A stretch of 64,000 nucleotides of DNA, taken from a virus (lineage: Duplodnaviria; Heunggongvirae; Uroviricota; Caudoviricetes). The notes below the pieces were generated by a model. That model ran no database searches, had not been told where the DNA came from, and saw only the letters and a list, made by a program, of their open reading frames with translations. The first letter of the stretch is position 1. The number at the start of each line of letters is the position of its first letter. Both the position numbers and the translations under genes were made by a program. This document shows, piece by piece, positions 58,092-64,000 of this stretch. Where the stretch lies: IMG/VR virus record IMGVR_UViG_3300027749_005140, positions 1 through 64,000 of that record; one strand, 5' to 3'.

Positions 58092-58583
58092 TTATTTAGT
58101 TTTAACCATAAAGTAAACCTCCCTTAATTTTACTCTATCAAGTGCATTATGTCTTTCTTCAAGAAGTCCTTTAGTTTGATACATAATACCATGCCATCTA
58201 TAATCTACAAATTTTATATCCGTTTTTCTATGGTAAGGTACAGTTGAACTTGGATCTACTTTTTCTAAGTTATAATTATCTTTTAGAAATTTAAGAAATG
58301 GTAAAAAATGATTGATTATATCTTGCCATGAAAAAATAGATTTATCTTGTTTTACTAAAGAAACTTGAAAAGGATTTCGTTTGATTACATTACCATTACT
58401 AGTAATTTGACCACCTCCATAAATTTTTAATTCAAATCCTTCGTCTAAAAGATAAGCTAGGTAGGTCTCACAGAAATCACGTAATTCTTCTCTCTGTAAA
58501 TTAAGTTCTTCTGGACTTAAAGCTTTAACTCCTGGTAGGAAATTTAGGACTGAACTCTCATTAAATCTTTTTAAATGTTTCAT
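58092..58583 (-). CDS. hypothetical protein, tandem paralog family B (2 of 3)
   Basis: MKHLKRFNES..EELRDFCETYLAYLLDEGF. Confidence 0.4.
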   Translation of the reverse strand: MKHLKRFNESSVLNFLPGVKALSPEELNLQREELRDFCETYLAYLLDEGFELKIYGGGQITSNGNVIKRNPFQVSLVKQDKSIFSWQDIINHFLPFLKFLKDNYNLEKVDPSSTVPYHRKTDIKFVDYRWHGIMYQTKGLLEERHNALDRVKLREVYFMVKTK

Positions 58584-58975
58584 AAACTATATTCTTCTAT
58601 TTTAAATGTTATCCTAGAAAGATCCCAATATACATTTATATCATCTAATTTATAATATGGAAAGCTTATTAAATCCATCGAATTTGATGAAGTGAAATTT
58701 ATGTAATCACTAGAAAGTTTATAGGTATTTTTTATTCTTTGTATAAATGGTATATAATGATCTTTTATATCATCCCACTTAAAATAAGAAGTATGAACAC
58801 CGTGTTGATTTGTAGTTAAACTTTTTCTAAGTGTAATATTATAGTACGCACCATTATGTGAGTGTACATCAATAAAAAATCCTTCATCTATTAGATAAGC
58901 TAGATTCATTTCACAATAATCTTTTATCTCTAATCTATCTTCTAAATTTTCATTAAACTTTCTTAAAAACTTCAT
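58580..58975 (-). CDS. hypothetical protein, tandem paralog family B (3 of 3)
   Basis: MKFLRKFNEN..DYCEMNLAYLIDEGF. Confidence 0.4.
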   Translation of the reverse strand: MKFLRKFNENLEDRLEIKDYCEMNLAYLIDEGFFIDVHSHNGAYYNITLRKSLTTNQHGVHTSYFKWDDIKDHYIPFIQRIKNTYKLSSDYINFTSSNSMDLISFPYYKLDDINVYWDLSRITFKIEEYSL

Positions 58976-59031
58976 AATCTATATATAAAAACATTTGACT
59001 AATAAAATCATATAATAAGAAAAAACTTTTT

Positions 59032-59685
59032 ATGGAATTATTTCACTTCGATATAGAAACTGCCGGCCAATATAGAAACTTTACAGAATTTGAAAAAAAT
59101 GATGAACGTGGTTCAGACCTCTTTAGAGGTAAGTTCCGAAAAATGGGTTGGGATTCTAAATATGAAAATGTTGATGAAGCTTACGCAGATAATTGTGGTA
59201 TTGTACCAACTTATGGTAGAATCGTTTGTATTTCATTTGGCTATTTAGATAATGGTCAAGAAAGAATTTCAAGTTTTTATGGTGAAGATGAAAGAGACAT
59301 CGTAGAAAAATTTAACAATTTACTTAAAAAGATTGAGAAGAAAGACTTTAATCTATCTGGATTCAGAATAGCTTACTTTGACATTCCCTGGGTAGCTCAT
59401 AAGTTAGCTAAGTATGGTATTAAACCAGCTGATATAATTACGACTTATAATAAGAAACCTTGGGAGATGAGAATTACTGATATGTCTGATGATTGGAAGT
59501 CAAAATTCGCTTGGGCATTCTCATTTGATGAGATGTGTTATGAGTTGGGTATTGAATCTCCAAAGGATAATATGAATGGTGGAGACGTACATGATGCTTA
59601 CTGGGAAGGTAGAGTTGAAGAAGTAAAAACCTACTGTGAAAAGGATGTAAAAGCCTCTATTAGAGTATCTCAGGTTATTTATTAA
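59032..59685 (+). CDS. DEDDy-type 3'-5' exonuclease (DnaQ/RNase D-like)
   Basis: Exo I FDIETAG, Exo II GFRIAYFDIPWV, Exo III YCEKDVKAS. Confidence 0.5.
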   Translation: MELFHFDIETAGQYRNFTEFEKNDERGSDLFRGKFRKMGWDSKYENVDEAYADNCGIVPTYGRIVCISFGYLDNGQERISSFYGEDERDIVEKFNNLLKKIEKKDFNLSGFRIAYFDIPWVAHKLAKYGIKPADIITTYNKKPWEMRITDMSDDWKSKFAWAFSFDEMCYELGIESPKDNMNGGDVHDAYWEGRVEEVKTYCEKDVKASIRVSQVIY

Positions 59686-59720
59686 AAAACTTCAAAAAGA
59701 GCGTTTTTCGATATATTTTT

Positions 59721-60068
59721 ATGATATATAGTTTTATGGAAAACCTTACTATCACGTACATCAAGACACATGGACAAACTTTGGAAATGTGGTCTGCAAC
59801 CGATACAAAAATAAACCTTTCGGTGGGTCATATTTGTATGAATGTAGAGAAAGATAACAGGATAAAATTCCTAGATGCTTGGGTACACGATGATTATCGT
59901 AGAAGAGGAATATATCGAAAACTATGGGAAACTAGATGGGAATATGTAAATAAAGAGTATAAAGGATATACAATATATGCTTGGTGTAAAGAAACATCAT
60001 TACCATTACTTTTAGAGAAGGAATTCACTCCAGGTGAAGTAGTTACTTATGTTGAGAAAAAGATTTAA
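59721..60068 (+). CDS. GNAT-family N-acetyltransferase
   Basis: HDDYRRRGIYRKLWE resembles GNAT motif A. Confidence 0.4.
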   Translation: MIYSFMENLTITYIKTHGQTLEMWSATDTKINLSVGHICMNVEKDNRIKFLDAWVHDDYRRRGIYRKLWETRWEYVNKEYKGYTIYAWCKETSLPLLLEKEFTPGEVVTYVEKKI

Positions 60069-60097
60069 ACTTTTTTAAAAAGTATAATATAAGTTGC

Positions 60098-60283
60098 ATG
60101 ATGAGACCCTTAAAATCAGTAGCCAAGTACTACTCAAAAGGATTTTTTTTAGCATATGGTTTATTAGCAATAATAAATCTACCAGAGTTTAACTTCTCTA
60201 CATTACTTGAACAATCACTTATGTTTGGCATAGGTATGGCACTTCTAATACACGGATTTGAAGACTTCTATAAAACAAAATAA
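60098..60283 (+). CDS. small membrane protein
   Basis: 61 aa with a hydrophobic helix. Confidence 0.3.
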   Translation: MMRPLKSVAKYYSKGFFLAYGLLAIINLPEFNFSTLLEQSLMFGIGMALLIHGFEDFYKTK

Positions 60284-60286
60284 ATT

Positions 60287-60463
60287 ATGGCAAATAAAGA
60301 CAGAAACTTTATAATTAGAATATCAGAAAAATTATTGGAAGAGTTTCAAGAGTTTTGTGATGATAATTCAATGAATGCTTCTAAAAGAATTAGAAAGTAT
60401 ATTGAGAACGATGTTGATGCGTGGAAGAAAAGAAAATTACAACAACAAAATAATCAAAAATAA
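60287..60463 (+). CDS. ribbon-helix-helix (CopG/Arc-like) small DNA-binding protein (58 aa)
   Basis: NFIIRISEKLLEEFQEFCDDNSMNASKRIRKYIE fits the RHH beta-strand + two-helix pattern; stop overlaps the next ATG (TAATG); not in the ORF track. Confidence 0.35.
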   Translation: MANKDRNFIIRISEKLLEEFQEFCDDNSMNASKRIRKYIENDVDAWKKRKLQQQNNQK

Positions 60464-61194
60464 TGGGTAATATACTTAAATTTATACTTGAATACCAAGA
60501 CTATATAGAAAATATAGAAAACTCCGATAAAGATGATTATATTTTTAATGAGATATTAAAAAGAAGCTATAATAGCAGATTAAAAATATCGGAAGGTCTC
60601 ATTAAAACACATCCCGTAAAAAAATCTGAAGATATTCTAAAAAGAAGATTTCCTGAACTAAATATAGAAATAGACGAAGATGATGAAATTTATATCTACA
60701 ATCTTAATGATAAAATAAGTAAATATCTACCCATAATAACCAACCTTGGATATTTTATATCACAAGTTACAATAGATGGTGATAATTGGCAACATAATGG
60801 TATAAATGATAATTTGTATACAAAAGGTATTTGTATAGAAGCAAAATATGATTATGAAGTAGAAATACCAAGTACTCTTTATCATGCATCACCAATTAAA
60901 TTAAAAAATAAAATATTAAAAAATGGCCTATCACCAAGATCTGGAAATAAAATAGCTAAACATCCAGAAAGAATATATTTAACCGATAATATCAATATCG
61001 CAATACAATTTGGAAAATATCTTAAAAATGAAGAAAATAATGAATGGTATAAAAATGGATTTTGTATCTATTCAATAGACGGTAAAGGTATATCAAACCT
61101 GTATTCAGATGTTAATCTTAGACAAGGTGGTTTTTATACTATGAACTATATAAAACCAGAAAACATAAAACTTATCTGGGATAATAGAAATTAG
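60463..61194 (+). CDS. putative ADP-ribosyltransferase-fold / Tpt1(KptA)-like protein
   Basis: LYHASPIKLKNKILKNGLSPRSGNKIAKHPERIYL resembles the Tpt1/H-Y-E ART core (L-Y-H-G-T...I...GL.P..R.HVHL). Confidence 0.25.
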   Translation: MGNILKFILEYQDYIENIENSDKDDYIFNEILKRSYNSRLKISEGLIKTHPVKKSEDILKRRFPELNIEIDEDDEIYIYNLNDKISKYLPIITNLGYFISQVTIDGDNWQHNGINDNLYTKGICIEAKYDYEVEIPSTLYHASPIKLKNKILKNGLSPRSGNKIAKHPERIYLTDNINIAIQFGKYLKNEENNEWYKNGFCIYSIDGKGISNLYSDVNLRQGGFYTMNYIKPENIKLIWDNRN

Positions 61195-61245
61195 CGGAAA
61201 TAAGAAATAAAAACAAAAAAATTAGGTAAAGCAGAAAACTTTTAT

Positions 61246-61253
61246 TACTTTTG
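61246..61253 (+). promoter_or_regulatory. -7 promoter box TAnnTTTG of leader/tRNA module 2
   Basis: tacttttg + conserved AAACAAAAAGAGAGAATAA 5' UTR element. Confidence 0.5.
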
Positions 61254-61309
61254 TACTATAAAAATAACAAATAAACAAAAAGAGAGAATAACATCTTAAT
61301 ATATACAAT

Positions 61310-61390
61310 AATGAAAACAACTAATCTAAATATTAACTTAACGCTGAATGTCTTATGTCTAAGACGTGAACCGGGTTTTGCCTTATTTAG
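61310..61390 (+). CDS. leader peptide 2 (26 aa), Leu/Asn/Arg-rich
   Basis: MKTTNLNINLTLNVLCLRREPGFALI; codons CTA, TTA x3, CTG, CTT, AGA, CGT match the downstream Arg(TCT) and Leu tRNAs. Confidence 0.45.
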
Positions 61391-61439
61391 AGCAAATGAT
61401 AATGTTATTGGATAACATATTATAACTAAATATACAAAC

Positions 61440-61472
61440 AAAACCCGAAATCTAAAAGTTTCGGGTTTTTTT
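61440..61472 (+). terminator. rho-independent terminator/attenuator 2
   Basis: aaacccgaaa tctaaaa gtttcgggtt + ttttttg. Confidence 0.7.
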
Positions 61473-61492
61473 GTGGAAAAAAATAAATAATT

Positions 61493-61565
61493 GGCTCTAT
61501 GATGTAATGGATTAGCATATAAATCTTCTAAATTTATCGTATAGGTTCGAATCCTATTAGAGTCA
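61493..61565 (+). tRNA. tRNA-Arg (anticodon TCT)
   Basis: Acceptor ggctcta/tagagtc, D-stem atgt/gcat, stem taaat/attta, loop cttctaa, T-arm atagg ttcgaat cctat. Confidence 0.6.
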
Positions 61566-61571
61566 CAAAAA

Positions 61572-61645
61572 GTCTGGGTGGTGAAACTGGAAAACACAAC
61601 AAGTTTAAGCCTTGTAAGCTGCGGGTTCGACTCCCGTCCCAGATA
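61572..61645 (+). tRNA. tRNA-Leu-like (anticodon TAA) with class-I architecture (short variable loop)
   Basis: Acceptor gtctggg/cccagat, stem acaag/cttgt, loop tttaagc, T-arm gcggg ttcgact cccgt. Confidence 0.45.
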
Positions 61646-61651
61646 CAAATT

Positions 61652-61733
61652 GCAGAGGTGATGTAATGTAACCATGCTGGTCTAAGAAGCCAGTGTCCGA
61701 AAGGACGTGCGGGTTCGAGTCCCGCTCTCGGTA
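61652..61733 (+). tRNA. tRNA-Leu (anticodon AAG by hand fold), class II
   Basis: Acceptor gcagagg/tctcggt (one mismatch), stem ctggt/gccag, loop ctaagaa, variable arm gtcc gaaa ggac. Confidence 0.45.
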
Positions 61734-61735
61734 CA

Positions 61736-62002
61736 ATGAAAGAAATAGATTATATACAGTACACATCATATACATTATTATCAAGTGGTAATGTATTTAA
61801 GGTAAATTCAGTTATGCCTTTACAAAGTTTAGACAAACACTTGAATGAAAGTACAAACTTAATTATGTTTGTAGTTCATAATATAAAGTGTAATGATAAA
61901 GAAGTAATGGTTTATAATAGAGATCTATTTAGATTTACATATGGATCAAAAGAATGTCCTGAAATGATTATGAAAATGAAACATTCACATATATTAGAAT
62001 AA
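61736..62002 (+). CDS. hypothetical protein embedded in tRNA array 3
   Basis: 88-aa ORF between tRNA genes. Confidence 0.3.
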   Translation: MKEIDYIQYTSYTLLSSGNVFKVNSVMPLQSLDKHLNESTNLIMFVVHNIKCNDKEVMVYNRDLFRFTYGSKECPEMIMKMKHSHILE

Positions 62003-62004
62003 TG

Positions 62005-62086
62005 TCGGAGTGATGAAATGGTAGACGTGCTAGCCTCAAAAGTTAGTGTCCAAGTGACGTGTGGGTTCGACTCCCACCTTCGATAC
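62005..62086 (+). tRNA. tRNA-Leu (anticodon CAA), class II
   Basis: Acceptor gtcggag/cttcgat, stem ctagc/gttag, loop ctcaaaa, variable arm gtcc aagt gac. Confidence 0.6.
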
Positions 62087-62095
62087 AAAAATATG

Positions 62096-62178
62096 CAGGT
62101 ATGGGGGAATGGTAGACCCGCTGGCCTTAGAAGTCAGTGCTGAAATATGCGTGTCGGTTCGAGTCCGACTACCTGTAC
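62096..62178 (+). tRNA. tRNA-Leu (anticodon TAG), class II
   Basis: Acceptor gcaggta/tacctgt, stem ctggc/gtcag, loop cttagaa. Confidence 0.6.
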
Positions 62179-62220
62179 AAAATAATACTAATAAAATTAG
62201 GTAGATTAAAAAACTAATAG

Positions 62221-62228
62221 TATATTTG
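62221..62228 (+). promoter_or_regulatory. -7 promoter box TAnnTTTG of leader/tRNA module 4
   Basis: tatatttg followed by perfect hairpin ctctgta ataa tacagag (62231-62248). Confidence 0.5.
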
Positions 62229-62314
62229 TACTCTGTAATAATACAGAGAGTGTTTTACACTACTATAAATAAAGATAAACAAAAAGGGACAATAAAAATT
62301 TAATATATAATATA

Positions 62315-62404
62315 ATGAAAACAAATACTGTAAATATTAATGTGATTACGATTACGAATTGTGTGAATAACACGACTTCGGGTAAGCGATTATGTATAGT
62401 ATAA
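62315..62404 (+). CDS. leader peptide 4 (29 aa), Asn/Thr/Val/Ile/Cys-rich
   Basis: MKTNTVNINVITITNCVNNTTSGKRLCIV; AAT/AAC, ACN, GTA/GTG, ATT, TGT codons match the downstream Asn, Thr, Val, Ile, Cys tRNAs. Confidence 0.45.
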   Translation: MKTNTVNINVITITNCVNNTTSGKRLCIV

Positions 62405-62430
62405 ACTCATATATTATATACAATTTATAA

Positions 62431-62466
62431 AGACCCGAACTCAAAAAGTTTGGGTCTTTTCTTTTA
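62431..62466 (+). terminator. rho-independent terminator/attenuator 4
   Basis: aagacccgaac tcaaaa agtttgggtctt + ttcttttat. Confidence 0.7.
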
Positions 62467-62471
62467 TATAT

Positions 62472-62542
62472 TCTTCTATAGTGAAATGGTATCACGTCTG
62501 ACTGTTAATCAGTTATTCCAGGTTCGAGCCCTGGTGGAAGAG
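62472..62542 (+). tRNA. tRNA-Asn (anticodon GTT)
   Basis: Acceptor tcttcta/tggaaga, D-stem gtga/tcac, loop ctgttaa, T-arm ccagg ttcgagc cctgg. Confidence 0.6.
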
Positions 62543-62551
62543 CAAAAAAAT

Positions 62552-62639
62552 TACTGGGTTGCCATAGCCAGGTCGAATGGTTCGGACTGTTAATCCGATG
62601 AGCATCGCTCCACCGTGGGTTCGAATCCCACCCCAGTAG
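62552..62639 (+). tRNA. tRNA-like, anticodon GTT, with class-II-length variable hairpin (atypical)
   Basis: Perfect acceptor tactggg/cccagta, stem tcgga/tccga, loop ctgttaa, variable hairpin gagc atc gctc, T-arm gtggg ttcgaat cccac. Confidence 0.35.
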
Positions 62640-62647
62640 CAATACAT

Positions 62648-62728
62648 TGGCACATACCAGCCCAACCTGATAAGTTGGAGAACTGTAGCGGTACGTTGAA
62701 AACGTGGGTTCGAATCCCTCTGTGCCAA
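62648..62728 (+). tRNA. tRNA-Ile-like (anticodon GAT) with atypical architecture
   Basis: Acceptor tggcaca/tgtgcca, anticodon arm ccaac ctgataa gttgg (loop identical to bacterial tRNA-Ile); D region too short and 26 nt between anticodon and T arms. Confidence 0.35.
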
Positions 62729-62735
62729 CAAAAAT

Positions 62736-62810
62736 AGTCCTATAGCTCAGTTGGTTCAGAGCGATTGTTTAACACACAATAGGTCGTCGGTTCGAATCCG
62801 TCTAGGACTA
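62736..62810 (+). tRNA. tRNA-Val (anticodon AAC by hand fold)
   Basis: Perfect acceptor agtccta/taggact, D-arm tagctcagttggttcagagc, stem attgt/acaat, loop ttaacac. Confidence 0.5.
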
Positions 62811-62847
62811 CTGAAAGTTGTTTTGTGAAACAAAACACTACAAAATC

Positions 62848-62919
62848 AGTTCCTTAGCTCAGCGGGAGAGCGGTTGTTTTACATGCAACAGGTCGTGGGT
62901 TCGATCCCCACAGGAACTA
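62848..62919 (+). tRNA. tRNA-Val (anticodon TAC)
   Basis: Perfect acceptor agttcct/aggaact, stem gttgt/gcaac, loop tttacat, T-arm gtggg ttcgatc cccac. Confidence 0.6.
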
Positions 62920-62924
62920 CAAAA

Positions 62925-62998
62925 ATACCTTGGTCGGTATATCAATTGGTTTAGATTATCACGCTGATACCGTGAAGGTTGCGAGTTCGAGTCTCGCA
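62925..62998 (+). other. degenerate tRNA-like element (T-arm only)
   Basis: gcgag ttcgagt ctcgc T-arm and cggtat/ataccg pairing, but no anticodon arm or acceptor 3' strand. Confidence 0.25.
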
Positions 62999-63007
62999 CA
63001 AAAATAT

Positions 63008-63095
63008 GGCATAGTGTCTGAGTGGTCGAAAGATGCGGTCTGCAAAACCGTAATGATTAAGTTCATCATCGTAGGTTCAAATCCTACCTATGCTT
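63008..63095 (+). tRNA. tRNA-Cys (anticodon GCA) with expanded variable hairpin
   Basis: Acceptor ggcatag/ctatgct, stem gcggt/accgt, loop ctgcaaa, variable atga ttaagt tcat, T-arm gtagg ttcaaat cctac. Confidence 0.5.
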
Positions 63096-63102
63096 CAATA
63101 AT

Positions 63103-63176
63103 GGCGCGGTGGCCGAGTGGCACGTAGGCGGTGGATTGCAAACTCACACACACTGGTTCGATCCCAGTTCGCGCCT
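63103..63176 (+). tRNA. tRNA-like, anticodon GCA (second Cys-like, irregular D-arm)
   Basis: Acceptor ggcgcgg/tcgcgcc, loop ttgcaaa, T-arm actgg ttcgatc ccagt. Confidence 0.4.
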
Positions 63177-63183
63177 CAAAAAT

Positions 63184-63256
63184 GCCGATATAGCTCAATA
63201 GGTAGAGTGCCAACTTGGTAGGTTGGAGGTTAAGGGTTCGATTCCCTTTATCGGAT
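63184..63256 (+). tRNA. tRNA-Thr (anticodon GGT)
   Basis: Acceptor gccgata/tatcgga (1:72 mismatch), stem ccaac/gttgg, loop ttggtag, T-arm aaggg ttcgatt ccctt. Confidence 0.55.
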
Positions 63257-63265
63257 CAATAAAAT

Positions 63266-63346
63266 GCTAGTGTGGCCCAGTGGCGACGGCACTTCCCTTG
63301 TAAGGAAGAAATAAAAACACCGCAGGTTCGAGTCCTGTCACTAGCT
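63266..63346 (+). tRNA. tRNA-Thr (anticodon TGT) with 13-nt A-rich variable region
   Basis: Perfect acceptor gctagtg/cactagc, stem cttcc/ggaag, loop cttgtaa, T-arm gcagg ttcgagt cctgt. Confidence 0.55.
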
Positions 63347-63351
63347 CAACA

Positions 63352-63386
63352 AAAAGACTTCTTTTAATTAAGAAGTCTTTTTTATT
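63352..63386 (+). terminator. rho-independent terminator
   Basis: aaaagacttctt ttaatt aagaagtctttt + tttatttt. Confidence 0.7.
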
Positions 63387-63400
63387 TTAAACTAAAACCG

Positions 63401-63408
63401 TATCTTTG
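63401..63408 (+). promoter_or_regulatory. -7 promoter box TAnnTTTG
   Basis: tatctttg 24 nt upstream of the ATG at 63433. Confidence 0.4.
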
Positions 63409-63432
63409 TATAGAATAATAAATACTACTATT

Positions 63433-63906
63433 ATGAAAGATATAAAACCTCGTTGCTTCGTGGATATGGATGGCGTCCTATGTGATTTTTTCGGAGCATT
63501 CAAAGATGTTCGTCAGAAAGATCCAAACTTTAAATATCCTCAATCCAGAATAGGGTTCTTCAAAAATCTTGAACCAATGCCAAACGCAATCGAATCTTTT
63601 AATAAATTAAAAGAACATTATGACGTTTGGATTTTAACACGTCCTTCATTTAAAAACATTAGTTGTTTTAACGAGAAAGCCGAGTGGGTTTTAGAACATT
63701 TAGGTTTTGACGTATTAGAAAAAACGATTATGTGTGGTGATAAATCTTTATTGAAAGGTGACTTCCTTATTGACGACAATGGTCAGAATGGACAACCTGA
63801 GTTTGAAGGTGAGTGGATACAATTCGGAACTAAACCTTTTGAAAATTGGCAAGATGTCATAAATTATCTATTAAAATCAGATTCCCATATAGATACAACA
63901 TTATAA
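63433..63906 (+). CDS. HAD-family 5'(3')-deoxyribonucleotidase-like protein
   Basis: CFVDMDGVLCDF (HAD motif I, D-x-D-G-V-L), typical of NT5C-like nucleotidases; start revised to the Met after the promoter box. Confidence 0.6.
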   Translation: MKDIKPRCFVDMDGVLCDFFGAFKDVRQKDPNFKYPQSRIGFFKNLEPMPNAIESFNKLKEHYDVWILTRPSFKNISCFNEKAEWVLEHLGFDVLEKTIMCGDKSLLKGDFLIDDNGQNGQPEFEGEWIQFGTKPFENWQDVINYLLKSDSHIDTTL

Positions 63907-64000
63907 CCTATTGATTTCAAATAGGACTCTTTTATCAAAGTTTTTTCATATAAATCTCCAAATTTTATGTTATTTACATAATTTATATCATTTGGATTAT

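Noticed and set aside
61256-63127. ORF-track ORFs 61256..61675 (-), 62513..62731 (-), 62930..63127 (+)
   Set aside because: Overlap leader modules and tRNA genes of arrays 3 and 4; spurious.
29700-63350. CRISPR array interpretation of the repeated ggttcga(a/t)tcc motifs
   Set aside because: Repeats are tRNA T-arms with variable spacing and flanking tRNA structure, not regular direct repeats with spacers.
1-64000. tmRNA (ssrA) partner for the phage SmpB
   Set aside because: No element with a GGGG...acceptor/T-arm/CCA tRNA-like domain enclosing ~300 nt was seen in this window; absence here does not exclude it elsewhere in the genome.

Overview
AT-rich segment of a large tailed bacteriophage genome with dense, mostly co-directional coding. 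Conserved TAnnTTTG (-7) promoter boxes suggest a Bacteroidetes/Flavobacteriia host. Content: three giant structural (tail-fibre-like) proteins; an unusually rich set of auxiliary genes (glutamyl-tRNA reductase HemA, MetF, NAD+ salvage NadV plus NadM-Nudix, tyrosyl-tRNA synthetase plus a YqeY/GatB domain protein, SmpB, ribosomal bS1-like and bL12-CTD-like proteins, thioredoxin, NAD-dependent ligase LigA, a sigma-70 family factor, a flotillin/SPFH protein, HAD 5'-nucleotidase); two gamma-class N6-adenine methyltransferases flanking an SF2 helicase; a zinc-finger/DUF559 homing-endonuclease-like gene inside a tRNA array; and about 35 tRNA or tRNA-like genes in four arrays, several with atypical architectures. 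Main finding: every tRNA array is preceded by a short leader-peptide ORF followed by an intrinsic terminator. The amino-acid and codon composition of each leader matches the anticodons of the tRNAs immediately downstream. This implies ribosome-mediated attenuation that senses tRNA supply and controls phage tRNA expression. All tRNA folds and anticodon calls were done by hand and need tRNAscan/ARAGORN confirmation.
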